This document shows, in pieces, positions 38,501 to 53,500 of a stretch of 64,000 nt of DNA. How positions within the stretch are numbered: position 1 is the stretch's first letter; each line of letters starts with the position of its first letter. Position numbers and translations under genes: made by a program. The stretch is taken from positions 73,470,001 to 73,534,000 of the forward strand of contig OZ024741.1 in the NCBI GenBank assembly GCA_964016885.1, read 5' to 3'. The notes below the pieces were generated by a model that saw only the letters and a list, made by a program, of their open reading frames with translations, was not told the origin of the DNA and did not search any database. The stretch comes from Eledone cirrhosa. Its lineage: Eukaryota.

Positions 38501-41500
38501 CAATATTAGCTGAAGACACTCCCTGGTTAACTAAAGACACTGCCTCGCTAACTAGAGACACTCCAATGTTAGCTGAAGACACGCCCTGGTTAACTAAAGA
38601 CACTGCCTCGCTAACTAGAGACACTCCAATGTTAGCTGAAGACACTCCCTGGTTAACTAAAGACACTGTCTCGCTAACTAGAGACACTCCAATGTTAGCT
38701 GAAGACACTTCCTGGTTAACTAAAGACACTGTCTCGCTAACTAGAGACACTCCAATGTTAGGTGAAGACACTCCCTCGTTAATTAAAGACACTGCCTCGC
38801 TAACTAGAGACACTACAATGTTAGCTGAAGACACTCCCTTTTTAACTAAAGACACTGCCTCGCTAACTAAAGACACTCCAATGTTAGCTGAAGACACTGC
38901 CTGATTAACTAAAGACAGTGCCTCGCTAACTAGAGACACTCCAATGTTAGCTGAAGACACTCCCTGGTTAACTAAAGACACTGCCTCGCTAACTAGAGAC
39001 ACTCCAATGTTAGCTGAAGACACTCCCTGGTTAACTAAAGACACTGTCTCGCTAACTAGAGACACTCCAATGTTAGGTGAAGACACTCCCTCGTTAATTA
39101 AAGACACTGCCTCGCTAACTAGAGACACTCCAATATTAGCTGAAGACACTCCCTTTTTAACTAAAGACACTGCCTCGCTAACTAAAGACACTCCAATGTT
39201 AGCTGAAGACACTGCCTGATTAACTAAAGACAGTGCCTCGCTAACTAGAGACACTCCAATGTTAGCTGAAGACACTCCCTGGTTAACTAAAGACACTGCC
39301 TCGCTAACTAGAGACACTCCAATGTTAGCTGAAGACACTCCCTCGTTAACTAAAGACACTGCCTCGCTAACTAGAGACACTCCAATGTTAGCTGAAGACA
39401 CTGCCTGGTTAACTAAAGACACTGCCTCGCTAACTAGAGACACTCCAATGTTAGCTGAAGACACTCCCTGGTTAACTAAAGACACTGCCTCGCTAACTAG
39501 AGACGCTCCAATGTTAGCTGAAGACACTCCCTGGTTAACTAAAGACACTGCCTCGCTAACTAGAGACACTCCAATGTTAGCTGAAAACACTCCCTGGTTA
39601 ACTAAAGACACTGTCTCGCTAACTAGAGACACTCCAATGTTAGCTCAAGACACTCCCTGGTTAACTAAAGACACTGCCTCGCTAACTAGAGGCACTCCAA
39701 TGTTAGCTGCAGAGACTCCCTGGTTAACTAAATACACTGCCTCGCTAACTAGAGACACACCAATATTAGCTGAAGACACTCCCTGGTTAGCTAAAGACAC
39801 TGCCTCGCTAACTAGAGGCACTCCAATGTTAGCTGAAGACACTCCCTGGTTACCTAAAGACACTGCCACGCTAATTAAAGACACTCCAATGTTAGCTGAA
39901 GACACTGCCTGGTTAACTAAAGTCACTGCCTCGCTAAATAGAGACACTCCAATGTTAGCTGAAGACACTCCCTAGTTAACTAAAGACACTGCCTCGCTAA
40001 CTAGAGACACTCCAATGTTAGCTGAAGACACTGCCTGGTTAACTAAAGACACTGCCTCGCTAACTAGAGACACTCCAATGTTAGCTGAAGACACTCCCTG
40101 GTTAACTAAAGACACTGCCTCGCTAACTAGAGACACTCCAATATTAGTTGAAGACACTCCCTGGTTAACTAAAGACACTGCCTCGCTAACTAGAGACACT
40201 CCAATGTTAGCTGAAGACACTCCCTGGTTAACTAAAGACACTGCCTCGCTAACTAGAGACACTCCAATATTAGTTGAAGACACTCCCTGGTTAACTAAAG
40301 ACACTGTCTCGCTAACTAGAGACACTCCAATGTTAGCTGAAGACACTCCGTGGTTAACTAAAGACACTGTCTCGCTAACTAGAGACACTCCAATGTTAGC
40401 TGAAGACACTCCGTGGTTAACTAAAGACACTGCCTCGCTAACTAGAGACACTCCAATGTTAGCTGAAGACACTCCCTGGTTAACTAAAGACACTGCCTCG
40501 CTAACTAGAGACACTCCAATGTTAGCTGAAGACACTCCCTGGTTAACTAAAGACACTGCCTCGCTAAATAGAGTCACTCCAATGTTAGCTGAAGACACTC
40601 CCTGGTTAACTAAAGACACTGCTTCGCTAACTAGAGACACTCCAATGTTAGCTGAAGACACTCCCCGGTTAACTAAAGACACTGCCTCGCTAACTAGAGT
40701 CACTCCAATGTTAGCTGAAGACACTCTCTGGTTAACTAAAGACACTGCCTCGCTAACTAAAGACACTCCAATGTTAGCTGAAGACACTGCCTGATTAAGT
40801 AAAGACAGTGCCTCGCTAACTAGAGACACTCCAATGTTAGCTGAAGACACTCCCTGGTTAACTAAAGACACTGCCTCGCTAACTAGAGACACTCCAATGT
40901 TAGCTGAAGACACTCCCTGGTTAACTAAAGACATTGTCTCGCTAACTAGAGACACTCCAATGTTAGCTCAAGACACTCCCTGGTTAACTAAAGACACTGC
41001 CTCGCTAACTAGAGACACTCCAATGTTAGCTGAAGACACTCCCTGGTTAACTAAAGACACTGCCTCGCTAACTAGAGACACTCCAATGTTAGGTGAAGAC
41101 ACTCCCTGGTTAACTAAAGACACTGCCTCGCTAACTAGAGACACTCCAATGTTAGCTCAAGACACTCCCTGGTTAACTAAAGACACTGCCTCGCTAACTA
41201 GAGACACTCCAATGTTAGCTGAAGACACTCCCTGGTTAACTAAAGACACTGCCTCGCTAACTAGAGACACACCAATGTTAGCTGAAGACACTCCCTGGTG
41301 AACTAAAGACACTGCCTCGCTAACTAGAGACACTCCAATGTTAGCTGAAGACACTGCCTGGTTAACTAAAGACACTGCCTCGCTAACTAGAGACACTCCA
41401 ATGTTAGCTGAAGACACTCCCTGGTTAACTAAAGACACTGCCTCGCTAACTAGAGACACTCCAATATTAGCTGAAGACATTCCCTGGTTAAGTAAAGACA

Positions 41501-44500
41501 CTGTCTCGCTAACTAGAGACACTCCAATGTTAGCTGAAGACACTCCGTGGCTAACTAAAGACACTGTCTCGCTAACTAGAGACACTCCAATGTTAGCTGA
41601 AGACACTCCCTGGTTAACTAAAGACACTGCCTCGCTAACTAGAGACACTCCAATGTTAGCTGAAGACACACCCTGGTTAACTAAAGACACTGTCTCGCTA
41701 ACTAGAGACACTCCAATGTTAGCTGAAGACACTCCCTGGTTAAATAAAGACACTGCCTCGCTAACTAGAGACACTCCAATGTTAGCTGAAGACACTCCCT
41801 GGTTAACTAAAGACACTGCCTCGCTAAATAGAGTCACTCCAATGTTAGCTGAAGACACTCCCTGGTTAACTAAAGACACTGCCTCGCTAACTAGAGACAC
41901 TCCAATGTTAGCTGAAGACATTCCCTGGTTAACTAAATACACTGCCTCGCTAACTAGAGACACTCCAATGTTAGCTGAAGACACTCCCTGGTTAACTAAA
42001 GACACTGCCTCGCTAACTAGAGACACTCCAATGTTAGCTGAAGACACTCCCTGGTTAACTAAAGACACTGTCTCGCTAACTAGAGACACTCCAATGTTAG
42101 GTGAAGACACTCCCTCGTTAATTAAAGACACTGCCTCGCTAACTAGAGACACTCCAATATTAGCTGAAGACACTCCCTTTTTAACTAAAGACACTGCCTC
42201 GCTAACTAAAGACACTCCAATGTTAGCTGAAGACACTGCCTGATTAACTAAAGACACTGCCTCGCTAACTAGAGTCACTCCAATGTTAGCTGAAGACACT
42301 CTCTGGTTAACTAAAGACACTGCCTCGCTAACTAAAGACACTCCAATGTTAGCTGAAGACACTGCCTGATTAAGTAAAGACAGTGCCTCGCTAACTAGAG
42401 ACACTCCAATGTTAGCTGAAGACACTCCCTGGTTAACTAAAGACACTGCCTCGCTAACTAGAGACACTCCAATGTTAGCTGAAGACACTCCCTGGTTAAC
42501 TAAAGACATTGTCTCGCTAACTAGAGACACTCCAATGTTAGCTCAAGACACTCCCTGGTTAACTAAAGACACTGCCTCGCTAACTAGAGACACTCCAATG
42601 TTAGCTGAAGACACTCCCTGGTTAACTAAAGACACTGCCTCGCTAACTAGAGACACTCCAATGTTAGGTGAAGACACTCCCTGGTTAACTAAAGACACTG
42701 CCTCGCTAACTAGAGACACTCCAATGTTAGCTCAAGACACTCCCTGGTTAACTAAAGACACTGCCTCGCTAACTAGAGACACTCCAATGTTAGCTGAAGA
42801 CACTCCCTGGTTAACTAAAGACACTGCCTCGCTAACTAGAGACACACCAATGTTAGCTGAAGACACTCCCTGGTGAACTAAAGACACTGCCTCGCTAACT
42901 AGAGACACTCCAATGTTAGCTGAAGACACTGCCTGGTTAACTAAAGACACTGCCTCGCTAACTAGAGACACTCCAATGTTAGCTGAAGACACTCCCTGGT
43001 TAACTAAAGACACTGCCTCGCTAACTAGAGACACTCCAATATTAGCTGAAGACATTCCCTGGTTAAGTAAAGACACTGTCTCGCTAACTAGAGACACTCC
43101 AATGTTAGCTGAAGACACTCCGTGGCTAACTAAAGACACTGTCTCGCTAACTAGAGACACTCCAATGTTAGCTGAAGACACTCCCTGGTTAACTAAAGAC
43201 ACTGCCTCGCTAACTAGAGACACTCCAATGTTAGCTGAAGACACACCCTGGTTAACTAAAGACACTGTCTCGCTAACTAGAGACACTCCAATGTTAGCTG
43301 AAGACACTCCATGGTTAAATAAAGACACTGCCTCGCTAACTAGAGACACTCCAATGTTAGCTGAAGACACTCCCTGGTTAACTAAAGACACTGCCTCGCT
43401 AAATAGAGTCACTCCAATGTTAGCTGAAGACACTCCCTGGTTAACTAAAGACACTGCCTCGCTAACTAGAGACACTCCAATGTTAGCTGAAGACACTCCC
43501 TGGTTAACTAAAGACACTGCCTCGCTAACTAGAGACACTCCAATATTAGCTGAAGACATTCCCTGGTTAAGTAAAGACACTGTCTCGCTAACTAGAGACA
43601 CTCCAATGTTAGCTGAAGACACTCCGTGGCTAACTAAAGACACTGTCTCGCTAACTAGAAACACTCCAATGTTAGCTGAAGACACTCCCTGGTTAACTAA
43701 AGACACTGCCTCGCTAACTAGAGACACTCCAATGTTAGCTGAAGACACACCCTGGTTAACTAAAGACACTGTCTCGCTAACTAGAGACACTCCAATGTTA
43801 GCTGAAGACACTCCCTGGTTAAATAAAGACACTGCCTCGCTAACTAGAGACACTCCAATGTTAGCTGAAGACACTCCCTGGTTAACTAAAGACACTGCCT
43901 CGCTAAATAGAGTCACTCCAATGTTAGCTGAAGACACTCCCTGGTTAACTAAAGACACTGCCTCGCTAACTAGAGACACTCCAATGTTAGCTGAAGACAT
44001 TCCCTGGTTAACTAAATACACTGCCTCGCTAACTAGAGACACTCCAATGTTAGCTGAAGACACTCCCTGGTTAACTAACGACACTGCCTCGCTAACTAGA
44101 GACACTCCAATGTTAGCTGAAGACACTCCCTGGTTAACTAAAGACACTGTTTCGCTAACTAGAGACACTCCAATATTAGCTGAAGACACTCCCTGGTTAA
44201 CTAAAGACACTGCCTCGCTAACTAGAGACACTCCAATGTTAGCTGAAGACACGCCCTGGTTAACTAAAGACACTGCCTCGCTAACTAGAGACACTCCAAT
44301 GTTAGCTGAAGACACTCCCTGGTTAACTAAAGACACTGTCTCGCTAACTAGAGACACTCCAATGTTAGCTGAAGACACTTCCTGGTTAACTAAAGACACT
44401 GTCTCGCTAACTAGAGACACTCCAATGTTAGGTGAAGACACTCCCTCGTTAATTAAAGACACTGCCTCGCTAACTAGAGACACTACAATGTTAGCTGAAG

Positions 44501-47500
44501 ACACTCCCTTTTTAACTAAAGACACTGCCTCGCTAACTAAAGACACTCCAATGTTAGCTGAAGACACTGCCTGATTAACTAAAGACAGTGCCTCGCTAAC
44601 TAGAGACACTCCAATGTTAGCTGAAGACACTCCCTGGTTAACTAAAGACACTGCCTCGCTAACTAGAGACACTCCAATGTTAGCTGAAGACACTCCCTGG
44701 TTAACTAAAGACACTGTCTCGCTAACTAGAGACACTCCAATGTTAGGTGAAGACACTCCCTCGTTAATTAAAGACACTGCCTCGCTAACTAGAGACACTC
44801 CAATATTAGCTGAAGACACTCCCTTTTTAACTAAAGACACTGCCTCGCTAACTAAAGACACTCCAATGTTAGCTGAAGACACTGCCTGATTAACTAAAGA
44901 CAGTGCCTCGCTAACTAGAGACACTCCAATGTTAGCTGAAGACACTCCCTGGTTAACTAAAGACACTGCCTCGCTAACTAGAGACACTCCAATGTTAGCT
45001 GAAGACACTCCCTCGTTAACTAAAGACACTGCCTCGCTAACTAGAGACACTCCAATGTTAGCTGAAGACACTGCCTGGTTAACTAAAGACACTGCCTCGC
45101 TAACTAGAGACACTCCAATGTTAGCTGAAGACACTCCCTGGTTAACTAAAGACACTGCCTCGCTAACTAGAGACGCTCCAATGTTAGCTGAAGACACTCC
45201 CTGGTTAACTAAAGACACTGCCTCGCTAACTAGAGACACTCCAATGTTAGCTGAAAACACTCCCTGGTTAACTAAAGACACTGTCTCGCTAACTAGAGAC
45301 ACTCCAATGTTAGCTCAAGACACTCCCTGGTTAACTAAAGACACTGCCTCGCTAACTAGAGTCACTCCAATGTTAGCTGAAGACACTCTCTGGTTAACTA
45401 AAGACACTGCCTCGCTAACTAAAGACACTCCAATGTTAGCTGAAGACACTGCCTGATTAAGTAAAGACAGTGCCTCGCTAACTAGAGACACTCCAATGTT
45501 AGCTGAAGACACTCCCTGGTTAACTAAAGACACTGCCTCGCTAACTAGAGACACTCCAATGTTAGCTGAAGACACTCCCTGGTTAACTAAAGACATTGTC
45601 TCGCTAACTAGAGACACTCCAATGTTAGCTCAAGACACTCCCTGGTTAACTAAAGACACTGCCTCGCTAACTAGAGACACTCCAATGTTAGCTGAAGACA
45701 CTCCCTGGTTAACTAAAGACACTGCCTCGCTAACTAGAGACACTCCAATGTTAGGTGAAGACACTCCCTGGTTAACTAAAGACACTGCCTCGCTAACTAG
45801 AGACACTCCAATGTTAGCTCAAGACACTCCCTGGTTAACTAAAGACACTGCCTCGCTAACTAGAGACACTCCAATGTTAGCTGAAGACACTCCCTGGTTA
45901 ACTAAAGACACTGCCTCGCTAACTAGAGACACACCAATGTTAGCTGAAGACACTCCCTGGTGAACTAAAGACACTGCCTCGCTAACTAGAGACACTCCAA
46001 TGTTAGCTGAAGACACTGCCTGGTTAACTAAAGACACTGCCTCGCTAACTAGAGACACTCCAATGTTAGCTGAAGACACTCCCTGGTTAACTAAAGACAC
46101 TGCCTCGCTAACTAGAGACACTCCAATATTAGCTGAAGACATTCCCTGGTTAAGTAAAGACACTGTCTCGCTAACTAGAGACACTCCAATGTTAGCTGAA
46201 GACACTCCGTGGCTAACTAAAGACACTGTCTCGCTAACTAGAGACACTCCAATGTTAGCTGAAGACACTCCCTGGTTAACTAAAGACACTGCCTCGCTAA
46301 CTAGAGACACTCCAATGTTAGCTGAAGACACACCCTGGTTAACTAAAGACACTGTCTCGCTAACTAGAGACACTCCAATGTTAGCTGAAGACACTCCATG
46401 GTTAAATAAAGACACTGCCTCGCTAACTAGAGACACTCCAATGTTAGCTGAAGACACTCCCTGGTTAACTAAAGACACTGCCTCGCTAAATAGAGTCACT
46501 CCAATGTTAGCTGAAGACACTCCCTGGTTAACTAAAGACACTGCCTCGCTAACTAGAGACACTCCAATGTTAGCTGAAGACACTCCCTGGTTAACTAAAG
46601 ACACTGCCTCGCTAACTAGAGACACTCCAATATTAGCTGAAGACATTCCCTGGTTAAGTAAAGACACTGTCTCGCTAACTAGAGACACTCCAATGTTAGC
46701 TGAAGACACTCCGTGGCTAACTAAAGACACTGTCTCGCTAACTAGAAACACTCCAATGTTAGCTGAAGACACTCCCTGGTTAACTAAAGACACTGCCTCG
46801 CTAACTAGAGACACTCCAATGTTAGCTGAAGACACACCCTGGTTAACTAAAGACACTGTCTCGCTAACTAGAGACACTCCAATGTTAGCTGAAGACACTC
46901 CCTGGTTAAATAAAGACACTGCCTCGCTAACTAGAGACACTCCAATGTTAGCTGAAGACACTCCCTGGTTAACTAAAGACACTGCCTCGCTAAATAGAGT
47001 CACTCCAATGTTAGCTGAAGACACTCCCTGGTTAACTAAAGACACTGCCTCGCTAACTAGAGACACTCCAATGTTAGCTGAAGACATTCCCTGGTTAACT
47101 AAATACACTGCCTCGCTAACTAGAGACACTCCAATGTTAGCTGAAGACACTCCCTGGTTAACTAACGACACTGCCTCGCTAACTAGAGACACTCCAATGT
47201 TAGCTGAAGACACTCCCTGGTTAACTAAAGACACTGTTTCGCTAACTAGAGACACTCCAATATTAGCTGAAGACACTCCCTGGTTAACTAAAGACACTGC
47301 CTCGCTAACTAGAGACACTCCAATGTTAGCTGAAGACACGCCCTGGTTAACTAAAGACACTGCCTCGCTAACTAGAGACACTCCAATGTTAGCTGAAGAC
47401 ACTCCCTGGTTAACTAAAGACACTGTCTCGCTAACTAGAGACACTCCAATGTTAGCTGAAGACACTTCCTGGTTAACTAAAGACACTGTCTCGCTAACTA

Positions 47501-50500
47501 GAGACACTCCAATGTTAGGTGAAGACACTCCCTCGTTAATTAAAGACACTGCCTCGCTAACTAGAGACACTACAATGTTAGCTGAAGACACTCCCTTTTT
47601 AACTAAAGACACTGCCTCGCTAACTAAAGACACTCCAATGTTAGCTGAAGACACTGCCTGATTAACTAAAGACAGTGCCTCGCTAACTAGAGACACTCCA
47701 ATGTTAGCTGAAGACACTCCCTGGTTAACTAAAGACACTGCCTCGCTAACTAGAGACACTCCAATGTTAGCTGAAGACACTCCCTGGTTAACTAAAGACA
47801 CTGTCTCGCTAACTAGAGACACTCCAATGTTAGGTGAAGACACTCCCTCGTTAATTAAAGACACTGCCTCGCTAACTAGAGACACTCCAATATTAGCTGA
47901 AGACACTCCCTTTTTAACTAAAGACACTGCCTCGCTAACTAAAGACACTCCAATGTTAGCTGAAGACACTGCCTGATTAACTAAAGACAGTGCCTCGCTA
48001 ACTAGAGACACTCCAATGTTAGCTGAAGACACTCCCTGGTTAACTAAAGACACTGCCTCGCTAACTAGAGACACTCCAATGTTAGCTGAAGACACTCCCT
48101 CGTTAACTAAAGACACTGCCTCGCTAACTAGAGACACTCCAATGTTAGCTGAAGACACTGCCTGGTTAACTAAAGACACTGCCTCGCTAACTAGAGACAC
48201 TCCAATGTTAGCTGAAGACACTCCCTGGTTAACTAAAGACACTGCCTCGCTAACTAGAGACGCTCCAATGTTAGCTGAAGACACTCCCTGGTTAACTAAA
48301 GACACTGCCTCGCTAACTAGAGACACTCCAATGTTAGCTGAAAACACTCCCTGGTTAACTAAAGACACTGTCTCGCTAACTAGAGACACTCCAATGTTAG
48401 CTCAAGACACTCCCTGGTTAACTAAAGACACTGCCTCGCTAACTAGAGGCACTCCAATGTTAGCTGCAGAGACTCCCTGGTTAACTAAATACACTGCCTC
48501 GCTAACTAGAGACACACCAATATTAGCTGAAGACACTCCCTGGTTAGCTAAAGACACTGCCTCGCTAACTAGAGGCACTCCAATGTTAGCTGAAGACACT
48601 CCCTGGTTACCTAAAGACACTGCCACGCTAATTAAAGACACTCCAATGTTAGCTGAAGACACTGCCTGGTTAACTAAAGTCACTGCCTCGCTAAATAGAG
48701 ACACTCCAATGTTAGCTGAAGACACTCCCTAGTTAACTAAAGACACTGCCTCGCTAACTAGAGACACTCCAATGTTAGCTGAAGACACTGCCTGGTTAAC
48801 TAAAGACACTGCCTCGCTAACTAGAGACACTCCAATGTTAGCTGAAGACACTCCCTGGTTAACTAAAGACACTGCCTCGCTAACTAGAGACACTCCAATA
48901 TTAGTTGAAGACACTCCCTGGTTAACTAAAGACACTGCCTCGCTAACTAGAGACACTCCAATGTTAGCTGAAGACACTCCCTGGTTAACTAAAGACACTG
49001 CCTCGCTAACTAGAGACACTCCAATATTAGTTGAAGACACTCCCTGGTTAACTAAAGACACTGTCTCGCTAACTAGAGACACTCCAATGTTAGCTGAAGA
49101 CACTCCGTGGTTAACTAAAGACACTGTCTCGCTAACTAGAGACACTCCAATGTTAGCTGAAGACACTCCGTGGTTAACTAAAGACACTGCCTCGCTAACT
49201 AGAGACACTCCAATGTTAGCTGAAGACACTCCCTGGTTAACTAAAGACACTGCCTCGCTAACTAGAGACACTCCAATGTTAGCTGAAGACACTCCCTGGT
49301 TAACTAAAGACACTGCCTCGCTAAATAGAGTCACTCCAATGTTAGCTGAAGACACTCCCTGGTTAACTAAAGACACTGCTTCGCTAACTAGAGACACTCC
49401 AATGTTAGCTGAAGACACTCCCCGGTTAACTAAAGACACTGCCTCGCTAACTAGAGTCACTCCAATGTTAGCTGAAGACACTCTCTGGTTAACTAAAGAC
49501 ACTGCCTCGCTAACTAAAGACACTCCAATGTTAGCTGAAGACACTGCCTGATTAAGTAAAGACAGTGCCTCGCTAACTAGAGACACTCCAATGTTAGCTG
49601 AAGACACTCCCTGGTTAACTAAAGACACTGCCTCGCTAACTAGAGACACTCCAATGTTAGCTGAAGACACTCCCTGGTTAACTAAAGACATTGTCTCGCT
49701 AACTAGAGACACTCCAATGTTAGCTCAAGACACTCCCTGGTTAACTAAAGACACTGCCTCGCTAACTAGAGACACTCCAATGTTAGCTGAAGACACTCCC
49801 TGGTTAACTAAAGACACTGCCTCGCTAACTAGAGACACTCCAATGTTAGGTGAAGACACTCCCTGGTTAACTAAAGACACTGCCTCGCTAACTAGAGACA
49901 CTCCAATGTTAGCTCAAGACACTCCCTGGTTAACTAAAGACACTGCCTCGCTAACTAGAGACACTCCAATGTTAGCTGAAGACACTCCCTGGTTAACTAA
50001 AGACACTGCCTCGCTAACTAGAGACACACCAATGTTAGCTGAAGACACTCCCTGGTGAACTAAAGACACTGCCTCGCTAACTAGAGACACTCCAATGTTA
50101 GCTGAAGACACTGCCTGGTTAACTAAAGACACTGCCTCGCTAACTAGAGACACTCCAATGTTAGCTGAAGACACTCCCTGGTTAACTAAAGACACTGCCT
50201 CGCTAACTAGAGACACTCCAATATTAGCTGAAGACATTCCCTGGTTAAGTAAAGACACTGTCTCGCTAACTAGAGACACTCCAATGTTAGCTGAAGACAC
50301 TCCGTGGCTAACTAAAGACACTGTCTCGCTAACTAGAGACACTCCAATGTTAGCTGAAGACACTCCCTGGTTAACTAAAGACACTGCCTCGCTAACTAGA
50401 GACACTCCAATGTTAGCTGAAGACACACCCTGGTTAACTAAAGACACTGTCTCGCTAACTAGAGACACTCCAATGTTAGCTGAAGACACTCCCTGGTTAA

Positions 50501-53500
50501 ATAAAGACACTGCCTCGCTAACTAGAGACACTCCAATGTTAGCTGAAGACACTCCCTGGTTAACTAAAGACACTGCCTCGCTAAATAGAGTCACTCCAAT
50601 GTTAGCTGAAGACACTCCCTGGTTAACTAAAGACACTGCCTCGCTAACTAGAGACACTCCAATGTTAGCTGAAGACATTCCCTGGTTAACTAAATACACT
50701 GCCTCGCTAACTAGAGACACTCCAATGTTAGCTGAAGACACTCCCTGGTTAACTAACGACACTGCCTCGCTAACTAGAGACAATCCAATGTTAGCTGAAG
50801 ACACTCCCTGGTTAACTAAAGACACTGTTTCGCTAACTAGAGACACTCCAATATTAGCTGAAGACACTCCCTGGTTAACTAAAGACACTGCCTCGCTAAC
50901 TAGAGACACTCCAATGTTAGCTGAAGACACTCCCTGGTTAACTAAAGACACTGCCTCGCTAACTAGAGACACTCCAATGTTAGCTGAAGACACTCCCTGG
51001 TTAACTAAAGACACTGTCTCGCTAACTAGAGACACTCCAATGTTAGCTGAAGACACTTCCTGGTTAACTAAAGACACTGTCTCGCTAACTAGAGACACTC
51101 CAATGTTAGTTGAAGACACTCCCTCGTTAATTAAAGACACTGCCTCGCTAAATAGAGACACTCCAATGTTAGCTGAAGACACTCCCTGGTTAACTAACGA
51201 CACTGCCTCGCTAACTAGAGACAATCCAATGTTAGCTGAAGACACTGCCTGATTAACTAAAGACAGTGCCTCGCTAACTAGAGACACTCCAATGTTAGCT
51301 GAAGACACTCCCTGGTTAACTAAAGACACTGCCTCGCTAACTAGAGACACTCCAATGTTAGCTGAAGACACTCCCTGGTTAACTAAAGACACTGTCTCGC
51401 TAACTAGAGACACTCCAATGTTAGCTCAAGACACTCCCTGATTAACTAAAGACACTGCCTCGCTAACTAGAGACACTCCAATGTTAGCTGAAGACACTCC
51501 CTGGTTAACTAAAGACACTGCCTCGCTAACTAGAGACACTCCAATGTTAGCTGAAGACACTGCCTGGTTAACTAAAGACACTGCCTCGCTAAATAGAGAC
51601 ACTCCAATGTTAGCTGAAGACACTCCCTGGTTAACTAAAGACACTGCCTCGCTAACTAGAGACGCTCCAATGTTAGCTGAAGACACTCCCTGGTTAACTA
51701 AAGACACTGCCTCGCTAACTAGAGACACTCCAATGTTAGCTGAAAACACTCCCTGGTTAACTAAAGACACTGTCTCGCTAACTAGAGACACTCCAATGTT
51801 AGCTCAAGACACTCCCTGGTTAACTAAAGACACTGCCTCGCTAACTAGAGGCACTCCAATGTTAGCTGCAGAGACTCCCTGGTTAACTAAATACACTGCC
51901 TCGCTAACTAGAGACACTCCAATATTAGCTGAAGACACTCCCTGGTTAGCTAAAGACACTGCCTCGCTAACTAGAGGCACTCCAATGTTAGCTGAAGACA
52001 CTCCCTGGTTAACTAAAGACACTGCCTCGCTAATTAAAGACACTCCAATGTTAGCTGAAGACACTACCTGGTTAACTAAAGTCACTGCCTCGCTAAATAG
52101 AGACACTCCAATGTTAGCTGAAGACACTACCTAGTTAACTAAAGACACTGCCTCGCTAACTAGAGACACTCCAATGTTAGCTGAAGACACTGCCTGGTTA
52201 ACTAAAGACACTGCCTCGCTAACTAGAGACACTACAATGTTAGCTGAAGACACTCCCTGGTTAACTAAAGACACTGCCTCGCTAACTAGAGACACTCCAA
52301 TATTAGTTGAAGACACTCCCTGGTTAACTAAAGACACTGCCTCGCTAACTAGAGACACTCCAATGTTAGCTGAAGACACTCCCTGGTTAACTAAAGACAC
52401 TGCCTCGCTAACTAGAGACACTCCAATATTAGTTGAAGACACTCCCTGGTTAACTAAAGACACTGTCTCGCTAACTAGAGACACTCCAATGTTAGCTGAA
52501 GACACTCCGTGGTTAACTAAAGACACTGCTTCGCTAACTAGAGACACTCCAATGTTAGCTGAAGACACTCCCTGGTTAACTAAAGACACTGTCTCGCTAA
52601 CTAGAGACACTCCAATGTTAGCTCAAGACACTCCCCGGTTAACTAAAGACACTGCCTCGCTAACTAGAGTCACTCCAATGTTAGCTGAAGACACTCTCTG
52701 GTTAACTAAAGACACTGCCTCGCTAACTAGAGACACTCAAATGTTAGCTGAAGACACTCTCTGGTTAACTAATGACACTGTCTCGCTAACTAGAGACACT
52801 CCAATGTTAGCTGAAGACACTCTCTGGTTAACTAAAGACACTGCCTCGCTAACTAGAGACACTCCAATGTTAGCTGAAGACACTCTCTGGTTAACTAAAG
52901 ACACTGCCTCGCTAACTAGAGACACTCCAATGTTAGCTGAAGACACTCCCTGGTTAACTAAAGACACTGTCTCGCTAACTAGAAACACTCCAATGTTAGC
53001 TGAAGACACTCCCTGGTTAACTACAGACACTGTCTCGCTAACTAGAGACACTGCAAAGTTAGCTTAAGACACTCTCTGGTTAAATAAAGACACTGTCTCG
53101 CTAACTAGAGACACTCCAATGTTAGCTGAAGACACTCTCTGGTTAACTAAAGACACTGCCTCGCTAACTAGAGACACTCCAATGTTAGCTGAAGACACTC
53201 GCTGGTTAACTAAATACACTGCCTCGCTAACTAGAGACACTCCAATGTTAGCTGACGACACTCTCTGGTTAACTAAAGACACTGCCTCGCTAACTAGAGA
53301 CACTCCAATGTTAGCTGAAGACACTCCCTGGTTAACTAAAGACACTGTCTCGCTAACTAGAGACACTCCAATGTTAGCTGAAGACACTCTCTGGTTAACT
53401 AAAGACACTGCCTCGCTAACTAGAGACACTCCAATGTTAGGTGAAGACACTCCCTCGTTAATTAAAGACACTGCCTCGCTAACTAGAGACACTCCAATGT

